Below, one piece after another: positions 28,348-39,540 of a stretch of 64,000 bases of DNA. Each line of letters starts with the position of its first letter. The stretch's first letter is position 1. The translations under genes and the position numbers were made by a program. This DNA comes from Camelus ferus (lineage: Eukaryota): assembly GCF_009834535.1 (NCBI RefSeq), contig NC_045697.1:26848001-26912000 (forward strand), read 5' to 3'. The notes below the pieces were generated by a model. That model was not told where the DNA came from. It ran no database searches and saw only the letters and a program-made list of their open reading frames with translations.

Positions 28348-29188
28348 GTAATTATGCAATTAATTTCATTTTTTAATTATATCAGCTTAATAATGTTTGT
28401 TTCTTGTCACAGCTTGGCTGTTATAAAAGACAAATTTTAAGTGCCCCCCCAATTTAATTTTTTAAGCATAGGTGAAAAGAAACACTGTAAAATGGAAATT
28501 AAAGTATTTAGTCATTTTTGATGTTCTGCACTTTTATGCTCTGCTTGTTGGCCCCTACCTGGTATTGGCTCGTCTTTTTCTTCGAACATGCTTATTTGGT
28601 TGTTTTGATGCTCTTAACTATTCTCAAAAAATTGAAGGTTTCGGAGCACCTGCCTTTAAGCTAGGATCTCTAGAAATGTTTTGCATCTAAAAATTGGGAC
28701 CAAATTTCTCACAAGTATTTCTTTTTAGCAGCCTGGCCAGTCCTTGCCTTCTGTTCTACCTTTTAGTTTTTATTCACATTGTAGAAGATCCTTTTTCCTG
28801 AGCATTTTGGGGATTTGCCATTTACTAAAAAAAAAATTATTCAGCCTTTCAAGAGATGGTACCTGTGCGTGTCATTGCTAAAATTCATAAACATCTGGGC
28901 ATTTGTAGACACCAGTGATTGGCCACCTAATAGAAAAGTACTAGGAGATATTGAACGTATCTTGGAGATCCAAAAAATTGTAAAGTAAATGGTTCCTGCA
29001 ACAGATAGCATTATTTAGTCAGAATTTTTCAACCTCATTTACAATGGACATCTGAACTCTCCAGTGCTTACTCAACTACGTGTTTACATTGTGAAGTAAG
29101 GAATATGGACTAGAGGTTCGTGGTGTAGGTGCGCAAAATGTGCCGTTGTTAACGGAGGAACATTTCACCCTTTGTTTCCTCCTGAATA

Positions 29189-29769
29189 CAGCTGACCCTT
29201 GAACAAAGCAGGGGCTAGGAGTGCTGACCCTCCACACTGTTGAAAATCCACAGATTTCTAATTTGAAAAAGTGGATCAAGAGATTTTAGGGCATGTCCAG
29301 GTTCACCCAGTTGGTGGATGGCAAAGCCAGGCTCAAAACTAGATCTCTGAATACTGAACTGTAGCTTAATTATAATATACCACATGGCTACCAACATAAT
29401 AACAAGATCCAAATTGATGGACATGATTTGCACTTTCTATATATTTTATATTGGTTGTTAGGAAAATCAAACAGTATAAGGTATAAAACACTCTACTTGG
29501 ATGACAATGTTAGCTACATTGCCTATTTACATTGATTTTTTAAAAATTTTATTGTGTAAAAGCTAAATTCCATATCCTTTAATTCTATTAACAGCTCAGC
29601 TTTATAGATGGGTACAAGAGGCTCAGAGATTTTAAATGAATTCCTTTGAATATATACCCAGAAGTGGGATTGCTGGATCATATAATACTATAGCATTTAT
29701 TGAAAAAAAATCTGCACATAAGTGGACCCACACAGTTCAAAGCCATGTTTGTTATTCAGGGGTCAACTG
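29189..29769 (-). mobile_element. Tigger2-like (TcMar) non-autonomous DNA transposon with heterologous interior
   Basis: TIRs cagctgacccttgaacaa (29189-29206) and revcomp of 29752-29769 cagttgacccctgaataa (15/18 match); TA on both sides (29187-88, 29770-71). Confidence 0.85.
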
Positions 29770-30339
29770 TATATAGTTTATCATGGTATACTTCATAATG
29801 CCTTCTAATGTGACACATAGAATAATAGTCTCAGAATGACTTCAACCCCAATGCATAGTGTCAGGCAGCAGCCAGCCATTATGACACACATATTGAATAG
29901 TCACCATTTACTTGAAAAATGGTAAACCTAAATTCCTTGTTGTGAGCTCAGCACTACTTTCTCTGAGGAATCGGGTTCTGCTGATAACAAGGTCTCAACT
30001 GTTATAAAAATTCTGGTATGCCAAGGACTTAGACATTCCCTGGGGACACAGTTACTATAAAGAAATGTGTCCAAGCATATTAATCCATCTTTGAGTTTGG
30101 GTTTGCATCCTTTTTGTCAGTAGAAGAAGGTTGAACTTTGGAACAGCCTCCATAAAACATGGTATTGATTGGGATTAGTTGAGGAGAAAAATGTATTTCC
30201 CAAATTATAAGTAGACACAGGAGAAGACAGATAAAGCCAAAGGAAAACCTTAGAAGGCCAGGTCCACAGACTAAATTGATGGCAAAGATCATTCCTGGCA
30301 AATATATTGAATCAGTCACTGAGATGCTGGACAGCAGTG

Positions 30340-30500
30340 GAAACAACATTGGACAAATTATGACATGGAACTGAGCCCCAGCTCTTGACTATGAGTGACT
30401 TAACCCACCACCGGTCCTTTAGTTCAGTGTCTAAAACGGGCGTGGTGACAGCTTACACACCTGAGGTTTTGTTGAGAATAAAATATGCTAGGTTGCATTT
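30340..30500 (+). mobile_element. MIR fragment
   Basis: gagccccagctc...gacttaacc...ttgttgagaataaaat. Confidence 0.5.
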
Positions 30501-30869
30501 GCTTCCCACCTTCTAAGCTCAAGTATATAGTATCTGAATCAAAGAATATATTTTTAGTATAGTCTTTTTTGGTAGGTTGATTATAGACCTCCCTGAGTTT
30601 ATGTTTTCTAGAGAGATGGTTCTTTTTCCTCAACCTTAGCAAAATGTACCAGAAGCTTCATGACAAACCAACTTACCCATACAGTATTCTGTATTCCATC
30701 CTTATACATTGGACCCAGGACAAATGCACTTCCTGGAGTTACTCAGATATACCAGTCTATGTCGTGCTTTCTTGCCTTTGCTGTTCTCGTCACCTACAGT
30801 GCTTTTCAATCTGGCTCTCCACTTCCTAGGTCCTACTCACTCTTGAGACTCTTGCTACCTGATCTAAAG

Positions 30870-31335
30870 TCATACCCCTCTTCTCACCCACTTTGCACCT
30901 GTGTGTCCTCTGTTTGGTTCCTTGAACACATCAAGCTCATTCCCATTTAAGGACCTTGCCCTTGCTGTTCTCTTTCTGTAGGAATGCTCACCCTCTCCTA
31001 TCACATGGGTGCTTTCTTATTGTCCTTCAAGTCTGAAATGTCACTTCCTAGAGATGCTTCCCTAAGGACCCAAACTCGAGTTACTCCCTAGATGTGCTCA
31101 TTTACATCATCCTGTTTTAGTTATTTGCATAGCGTATGTCAGTGTTGGAGATTTTTCTTGTTTACTGATTATTGGCTTGCTTCTTGTCTTTCTTTCACTA
31201 GATTGTAAGTTCTGCAAGACCAGGGACTCATCTGCCTTCATGACAGCTACATTCTTGGTCCTAGAATAGTGCCTGGCATGTAGTAAAACTCCATATGTAT
31301 ATGTTGAATGATTGAGTGAGCGTACAAATGAATGA
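30870..31335 (+). mobile_element. L2 3' region
   Basis: ttccttgaacacatcaagctc...ctagattgtaagttc...gtgcctggcatgtagta...tgttgaatg. Confidence 0.82.
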
Positions 31336-31444
31336 AGTGTCAGCCCAAACATTACTTGCTTAAAGAAACCTTCTCTGATTCCCCTGTCCCTCCCAGGTTA
31401 TGCCATGTAACCTCCTCTTTGCTGCATCCTGTGTCTAACTCCCA

Positions 31445-32110
31445 GTCATTCATCCAGTTCATTCAAAAAGTGTTTGTTGACCATCGACCACATGCCAGTC
31501 AGCATTCCAAGTGCTGGGAATACAGGCGCAAACCAATCAGACCCTCTTCTTATGGAGTTGCCAATATTGTTGAGAGAGGCAGATAATAAATGATCAATTC
31601 CAGTGTGAGAGATGCATTTCATTGAGTAAATGCTTTTAAGAAAAGTAAAGCAGAATTAAGGGAGGGAGGGAAATGCCAGGTAGTCAGAGATGGACCCAGC
31701 AGTTAGACAGCCTCTGAGCAGAGACCTGCAGAAAGGGATGGAGCAAGCCATGCAGACGTTTTGGGAGGAGAGTTCCAGGCACTGACAACCAGGAGTAGGG
31801 TCTGGGGGGAGCGTGTTTAGAATATTCTAGGAAAAACAAGCCAAGTGGGAGTGGGGTTGAGGGAGTAAGGGAAATAATTATAGAAGATGACATCAAAGTC
31901 AGATCACACTGGACCTTATGAACTAAGATTAAGGATTTAGAATCGTACTGAGTAAAGAGGGAAAGAGTGACATGATTAATGTTTAAGAGATTCACTCAAG
32001 CTTTGTGAGGGGACTGGAATTGGGGGAGAGGAGGGATGGCAGAAGCAAGAAGACAGTGCAAGTACAAAATGATGTTGGTGAGGACTAGAGTGAGTGTGGA
32101 GATAAGGAGA
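31445..32110 (-). mobile_element. L2 3' region (tail-to-tail with the preceding L2)
   Basis: cattcattcaaaaagtgtttgttga...gagcagagacctg...gacatgatt. Confidence 0.75.
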
Positions 32111-32799
32111 CAGCTGGTTAGGTAACTGTTTCTTCGCCCGTCCGTAAGGTCTAGCAGTTCTCAGGACTGGGATTCTGTCTTATTCCGCTTTCCCAATGAT
32201 TAGTCAAGTACCTGGCACATGGTAGGCCACTTAGGTAAATCTTTATTAAACTAAATTGACAGACTGGAGTTACATTTTAAGCAGGGCCATAGACTTTTAT
32301 CTGCTTGCCTGTTTGACAAACTGTTTTCTAGCATTTCCTCTATTTTTTTCATTTAAACTAACATTTAATGAAAAGGCACCAGCCTCTCTGATTACGTGAA
32401 TTTCAGCTAGTTCTGTGTGTAATACACGTGGTTGATTGCTCAGAGGTGGAAACACTGAATAGAAAGAAGGTCAAGCCTACTCAGAGCAAGAAACACGCTC
32501 AGAGAAGGACAAGGTGTTGAAATAATGTTATTTGATTTGCCAGTGTTCAGTAGGTGCCCTTGGCTGCAGAGAAGAGGATAGAAAGGAAGAACAGGGGAAT
32601 AAACTGGGAAAAATAAAGACAGATTTGGGCAAAAGCAGGTGGTGCAGGACCCAATAAAGAAAGGGCCTGTAATTACATGCACAGGTGCCATCCGTCCTTG
32701 CTTTTCCTCTCCATCCGCCCTGCAGAGACCCTGATCCAACCCTCACTGCTTCAAAAAATTCGATAAACAAAGAGCATCTTAACTGACCTTGTTCTCTGT

Positions 32800-34525
32800 T
32801 TACGCACAACAGGTTGCAAGTCCTTGAGGGAGAGACTAGCTCTCACTTATTTTTAAGTCCCCAGGACCTGGAAGAGTGTTTGACATTTAGTGGGGTTTCA
32901 TAAAGTGTGTTAAGCAGGACTGCTGACACCATCATCTGACTTGAGTTTTTCTATACATCACCAGGGTAACCTTACTTAAATGTCATGTTGTCAATTCCTT
33001 TGCTTAAAATCTTTTAATATCTCCCTGCTGCCTACAGGGGTCCCTCTTTAATGTGATCCCTGCTGCCTCTCCTACTTCATCTGCCATTTTTTCCCAACAT
33101 AAATACTCCGTGCCAGTCAGGCCATCCTCGGCCTGTCTGTAGAGCGCGTCTTGCCATCTGCTTATTCCTAACTGCAAAATCTCATTCGCTGATCTATTTC
33201 AGTTCTCCCCTCTTTTCAGAAATGTCCTTTCTCCTCTACTGCCTGCCCTTCCAAATCCAGCTAAAGGCCTAGCTTTCTAAGAAGTCTTTTCTGATTCCCA
33301 GATATCCCCCTGCCATGCCCTGAACTCCTATAAATCTGCCCCACCCCATTCCCACTGGTACCCTGGGCAGGAGTAAACCTGATTAGGACAAGGACCTCTG
33401 CAGGGGGTACTTGACTCATCTGGACACTTAGCTACTGTTCCTTTTCCTTCACCTTTAACATCCAGTAAATCCCAAAGACCTGTGGATTCCACCTCCCCAA
33501 ATATTTCTCCAGTCTGTCCTGTCTGTTCAGGTCTATATTATTGTCATCTTGACTATTGCAATAGATACTCTGCTGGTCTGTTTACCTTCATCTCTTCCTT
33601 CTTCTCCCCAACATCAACCCCTCTACCTACCTTGACCACCTAGTGCATCTGCCACACTGCTGCAGGGGTGTTTCTGAAATGCAGATCTGACTCTTATCTA
33701 CCAGAATTCTGCACTTCTTAGCATGGCTTTCAGGGTTCTACTTTCCACTCCTGTCTACCCCTGAGGTCTTATCTGTCCCCTCCCCAGCAGGTGGCCTGTT
33801 TTAGCCTTTCTCATCTACATTCAGTCCCCAGCAGGTTCTTCCTCTTCCCTGAGTCCTCACACCCACTGGGCCCTCTGTGTCGGGTGCCCTTAAATTGTCC
33901 CCCGTGCTGATGACTAGAAAATTTTCTACTTATTCTTTAAGAAATAGTGAACTTCCTTCTTTAAGATTCTGTGGTGCTTTATTCCTAATCATTTAATTGC
34001 ACTTGTCACATTGTTTTAATTACTTGTTTTTTATTGGCATATAGTTGATTTGCAATATTGTTTCAGGTGTACAGCATAGTTATTTGGTTTTATGTATACA
34101 TATATCTGTATATATATATGCATATATGTGTGTATATACGTGTATATATATTTATTCCTTTTTTGATTCTTTTCCATTATAGGTTATTACAAGATATTGA
34201 ATGTAGTTCCCTGTGCTGTACAGTGGAAAATTGTTGTTTATCTATTTTATATATAGTAGTTAGTATCTACACATCTTGAATTCCCAATTTATTCCTTCCC
34301 ACCCCCTTTCCCCCATGGTAACCATAAGTTTGTTTTCTATGTCTATGAGTCTGTCTCTGTTTAGTTACTTTTAAAATGTCCTTTCCCCAGGAACTAGGAG
34401 CTTATAGAGGTCAGAAATCATATTATTTATAATCTATATATCACTAGTCTTTTTTAGAGCACCTGGTTCACATTATATACATAATAAATATTGGTTGATT
34501 AAAATGAATTTGTTCATTAAATGAG
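32800..34525 (+). mobile_element. L2 fragments (one interrupted by an L1 3' end)
   Basis: ttgcttaaaatcttt...; gtggattccacctcc...tctgaaatgcagatctga; tail taataaatattggttgattaaaatgaa at ~34480-34510. Confidence 0.6.
34027..34360 (-). mobile_element. L1 3' end (cetartiodactyl type) containing a (TA/TG)n tract
   Basis: ttttttattggcatatagttgatt...ataggttattacaagatattgaa...ggtaaccataagtttgttttctatgtc; degenerate TSD ttaattactt/ttagttactt. Confidence 0.88.
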
Positions 34526-34552
34526 TAAGACCCAGAAGCTGAGAGTCTAGAC

Positions 34553-34876
34553 CAGTACTGTGCAAAAGAAGTATAATGTAAGTCATAGATGCAAGCCATA
34601 ATTGCAATTAAATTTTCTAACTACATTTTAAAAAGTAAAAAGAAACAGAAATCCTTTAAGAATCTATTTTATTTAAGCCATTTATATCCAAAATGTGATT
34701 TCAACATGTAATCAATACAAAAATTATTAATGAGTTATTTTACATCTTCTTTTTATATTAAGTCTTCAAAGTCCAGTACGTATTTTACACTCACAACATA
34801 TCCCCATTCAGACTGGCTACGTTTCAGGAACTTGACAGCCATATGTGTCCAGTGGCTCCTGGGCTGGACTGTGATG
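34553..34876 (+). mobile_element. MER33 (hAT-Charlie MITE), apparently full length
   Basis: 324 bp matching the recalled MER33 consensus; 8-bp TSD gtctagac/ttctagat typical of Charlie elements. Confidence 0.88.
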
Positions 34877-35382
34877 TTCTAGATGGAGGTGGCATCAGAG
34901 TGAGGTCATTCTAACTGGGATGAGAGCTGAGTGCCAGTGATTGACTCAAGCTGGTGCCCGTGTGTGAGGATCCTCATATCATCATCTCCAGCTCTTTGCC
35001 CTCCATAGTTACATGAAGATAATTCTGGTTTTTTGAGTGTTAAAATAATCTAAAATGGAACCCATCCTTTTTGCTTTTCCCAGTTACTCAATTGCTACTA
35101 TTTCCCAGGCTCCAGACTTTAAAATCTTGGTGCATAGTTCATTCGTCACCCTTTACAAGCTGGACCCAAACTGCCCTGTTCCCGCTGATTCACCTGCCAC
35201 AGTGTTTCTTTAGAAATTCACTTTGTCTTTCCACTTCACAAGTCTCTGTCCTTACTCAGGCTCCCATTTCTTAATAGCTGAGTGACTGTGGCAGTATTTT
35301 TGAATCTGTCCTTACCTTGGGTGTTTTTGTGTTCTGGTTCAGACTGTACATAGCTGCTCGAATAATCTTCTTTAAGTATTTA

Positions 35383-35565
35383 CCAGATTTCATTCATTCT
35401 GAGATGCACGTTTTCCGACATTTTTACTTCTCAGAAATCAGGATTCATCTTACAAACAAATAGGTGCATCCCAGTGCAACTGGCTGGCAGTGCATTTCTC
35501 TTTCAGTGGAATGTGCAACATTGGAGCAGCCTACTACTGGTGATACTAGATTCAATAAAATGCAG
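35383..35565 (+). mobile_element. MER104-like (TcMar-Tc2) MITE
   Basis: TA then ccagatttcattcattctgagatgcac...tagattcaataaaatgcag (degenerate TIRs), ~183 bp. Confidence 0.65.
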
Positions 35566-35614
35566 CACATTATGTCATGTGTGGGGTATACTGGAAACAG
35601 CATACATTTTTCTG

Positions 35615-35810
35615 TTAGAAAGACTGGGATTCAAATTCTCGGTCTGCAAATTACCAGTCCTGTGACTTTGGGCAGATTGCTTGATCTCTTTCACACCTAG
35701 TTGATCCCTCTGTGAAATGAATAGGATAGTGTTCATCTTCCAGGATTGTTAGGAGAATTCAGTGAGATAACACAACATGCCTGGCACATGGAAGGCACTC
35801 AATTATTCAT
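35615..35810 (+). mobile_element. MIR SINE
   Basis: agactgggattcaaattct...tgtgactttgggcag...ctgtgaaatg...tgcctggcacatggaaggcactcaa. Confidence 0.82.
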
Positions 35811-36019
35811 GTGCATTTTTCTTTTGCCTTTCAATACAGTAAAAGACTTTGGATCAAGGCATCTGTCTGTCTGAGGGGTCCTTAGTGTCTGGTGCAGATG
35901 GAAGGGGAATTGGAAGAACAGTGAAGAAATATCTCTTGCATCCAAGAAAGGATTATGTAGCAAGACAAAATCCTTGGAGTTCACACTATTAGCCTGAGAG
36001 AAGATTTCTCTAAATTCCT

Positions 36020-36995
36020 TTAATCCCTTCTTTAGTATGTCAACCAGTACTTAGGACTCTGCCCCTGGAGATCTAACATATAGAGAAGAGGTCCCAGCTG
36101 GTTAATGAGAGCAGGACCGACCCACCCGATGTGGTCTCTAGGAGAATGGTGGAAGGAGACCAGGGAGGCGCAGAGTTTGCTAGACTTGCCTCGCCATCCC
36201 CTTTCTCTGAGCTCTGCTTCAGAAAGGGGAGGTAGGTGGATCGGTAACACTGAGGGCAGCTTGCCTCTGCTCTCTACTTAGGACTCTGGAAAGAGAGATC
36301 ACCTTACAACAGTCACCCCCCCCCGCCCCCGCCAATAGACCTGGGCACAGCTACATCATGACCAGGACAGCAAGAGACCAGGAGGTTTAAATTCCCAAGC
36401 TGCCCTCAGTTACTATGTGTCCCATATGCTGAGTTAAGAGCCACTGTTAGTCTCCACCACAGGGAGAGGTGACCACACAAAAGACCTGGGGTGAGAAAAC
36501 TGGATGGAGCATGGGCCCAGGGTTTGGAACTTATCCACAGCAGGGGACGGTGGCCTGGGTTGTCTGCAGAGCAACACCAGGCTCTGACCAAGCTGAGAGG
36601 GAAAGGCCAGTCCATGGGTTACAACTGCCCCAAGCCCAAGCCATGATGCCCCCAACCAGCGGGTGTCACCCGGGGACTGTGCCCTAGAAATCCACTTTTC
36701 CCCTTCAGGATAGGAGGCACCCAGACATTACCTCAGGAAAAGGAGCAAGGGAAGGGGGGAGCTGTAGGCTTTTGAGAGAGTCAGCATCTTGATTCAAGAG
36801 AGAATAAGCACTTCAAAAAGTCCTCGAAAACATCAGTTCAAACTAAGATTTCAGCCGACTAGAACTGAAAGCTCACTTTATCCTGATAACCAGAGGACAG
36901 AGGCTTAGGCTGGAGACCCAAACTAGCTTTGGACAAGATAAAAGAAGCTACGTTTTCTAAGCACATCAAAGTTGTAGGCCAAGTGAAATTATGCG
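36020..36995 (+). mobile_element. Possible ancient LTR (MamGypLTR/LTR8x-like)
   Basis: GC-rich block ending gataaaagaagctacgttttctaagcacatc...gttgtagg, resembling recalled ancient mammalian Gypsy-type LTR 3' ends; no clear TG..CA or TSD. Confidence 0.4.
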
Positions 36996-38163
36996 AGTCT
37001 TTTATTAGCTTGATCTTACTAATGTTTACTGAACAAGATGATTACTTAGCCTCACGGTGAAGGCTCACCATCAGTTGTGTTCACTTGCTTCCCCTCCCCG
37101 GCCCTCTGTCCTGTCGAGCACAATCTCCTTCTCTGTACACATTTTTTTCTCCCAACTGCCTGCCTGCTCAGGAATCTCGGAATGCATTTTGCCTCCTGAG
37201 TTGCCAAAATCCGTCCTTGGCTTTCTAATTGACAGGCCATGTTGTGATGCCCTTGGTCCTTTCTCCACATTGTCAACTAATCACTCCTTCTCCATTTTCT
37301 GTTAATCAAATGTATGCTGCTTTCTAGAGGGAAGTGCATCTCCCCTCATTGAATCACACATCGTTCTGCTCAGGCCAGCGCTTCAATTTGTCTGGCTCAC
37401 TTCGCATTTCAGTTCTGTCCATCAAAGCCTGGACAGGGCTTACCAAGTTGATATTCTGTAAAAGTCTTAGAAGCCTGTTACCTCATCCTTCTCCCTTCCA
37501 TGGGCCAGTTTATAAAAAGGGGGAAGGAAGATTAATAGAGAAGATAAAAGGGAAGGAAAGGACTATTATCATCATTGACCTTCCTTGCTCCTGTTGAATT
37601 GTAAATATTGGCTCAACATTTCTGCAGTGTGGAATGTCTCTTCAAGGATCCTCGGGCCTGACTTCCCAAGATAGCATTACTGGTCCTCCTTTCCTTTGTG
37701 CATATAGGCCATCTTATATAAAGCAGTCGCATTGTGGGAAACTCCAGAGTTTGCTGAATATTTAGCACAATTTATTCTGCTAAATTGTGGCTGTTTGATT
37801 ACCCGAACTCTAGAAATCACCAAAAAGATTAGTCCCTCAATAAACAGAATGAGAGATCCCCATTTGCAGGTCACCTCTAAGTGTCCCAGTGGAGTCCAGT
37901 CACCATGAAGCCTTTCTCCAGTTCCGAACACAGGGTAGCTCTTTCCATCCTCATTTTCTGTCTCTGATGGGAAGGAGAGGAGACCTTATTAACAAGTCCC
38001 TGCACAGTTAAAGAACTCTTGTTTAAGAGGCCCACTTTGTCAATATTTAGTTATAAACCACTGAAAAAGTAACTTAAGCTAAGTTCTCTTATTTGTAAAG
38101 CAAAGTGGTTCTTCAACCTGATCTTGTTTCCTTCCAGCTCCCAAAATGATGATGCTGTGAGTG

Positions 38164-38223
38164 GATCGGCTTGGTGTGGGCAGGCCGGGTCCTGATCGGC
38201 TCGGTGTGGGCAGGCCGGGTCCC
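38164..38223. repeat. Tandem duplication, 2 x 30 bp
   Basis: gatcggcttggtgtgggcaggccgggtcct / gatcggctcggtgtgggcaggccgggtccc (28/30 identical). Confidence 0.95.
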
Positions 38224-38384
38224 TTGCGTCTTTGCAGTGCTGTTCTGTCTAGAAGGGCCTCTTACCCTCTCTGAAGAACAGTCTCCTATGCATGTATCCT
38301 TCAGGTCCAGGCTTCTGTCTTGCTTCCTCACCGATGTCTACCCAAATCGCCAGGGTAGATTAAGGTGCTTGCTCCCATGGGCAT

Positions 38385-39540
38385 CATTCATTTATTCACA
38401 GACATTTATTGAGCCTCTGCTCTGCGTCAGGCTGAGTTGAGGGTGCAGTGGATGCCATAGTGTTGAAAACAGTCCCTGCCCTCATGGAGTCTAGTCTCAC
38501 AGAGAATGTAGTCATCCACAGGGGCCAGGGTGATGCTTGCTGCGGAGGAAATTCAGGGAGCTCTGGACGTGCATAATGCGGGGGTGAGGATGCGTCATTA
38601 AACCTAGAGGCGTCAGAAAGGGCCGCTGAGGACCTGGTGTCTGTGCTGAACGCTGAAGAATGGGTCGATGGAGATGGCCAGGTTAAAAAGAATATTTCAG
38701 TCAGAAGGAACATTCATAAGCAAATTTGGGGAAGGAACTTTAACATTATGTAGTACTCACTGCCTGCCAGGCACTTACTCTCAGCACAATGTGTACATGA
38801 ACGTGCTTAGTCGTTGCTGTGAGCCAAGGAGGTAAATTCTATCTTCCACATTTCATTCAATAAGGACACTCAGAAATATAGAAGTAAATAATTGCAAGAG
38901 ATCCCACAGCTAATAAATGGCAGAGTCAGAATTTGAACTAAAGCAGTTTGTCCCAGTGCCTGTGCTCTGAACTACTGTACCAAAAAGCCTATTTTCATAC
39001 ATTCACAAAAACTGATAGAGATAGGTATAGGAATGTAAGTATAAGTGTAATGTATGCATGTAAATATACAGACTCACACATACACACGTTACACACGCAC
39101 GTATTTGAGGAGTATGTGTACAGCCAGAACCTGACCCATGAGGGAGAACATGGCATCAGATGAGTTTGGAGAGCTGGGCGGGGACTAGGTGGTGGAGGAT
39201 CTCACAAATTAGGTCATAGCTTCTAGGCACTGTCGTCAAGGTGACGAGAAGCGCTGTGAAATAATGTGAACAGCCTCTACTACTTGCTACTACCTGTGTG
39301 ATTCCAAGCAAGTTGCTTCTCTAAGCCTCAACTTTCTCATCTATAAAACAGGGATAATATTTCTGTCTAGTCCTAAGTTTAAGGAGTAAATAAGTTACTC
39401 TGTATAGTGTCTGGAAGAATGAAAGGAAATCTTAGCTATGGCGATCAGATTTGCATCTTAAAAAGACCCCGCTGCCTGCAGTGTAGTGAACGGATTAGAA
39501 GGAGCAAGTACGGAAGCAAGGGGCTAATTAGGGAAGCCCC
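38385..39540 (-). mobile_element. L2 fragments with nested MIRs (~38745-38975 minus; ~39270-39410 plus)
   Basis: cattcatttattcacagacatttattgagc...gtccctgccctcatggag; MIR cores cacagctaataaatggcagagtcagaatttgaac and ctcaactttctcatctataaaac. Confidence 0.7.

Noticed and set aside
28240..28440. 66-aa ORF as a standalone gene
   Set aside because: Only 28259-28347 is coding; the rest is intronic read-through across the splice sites.
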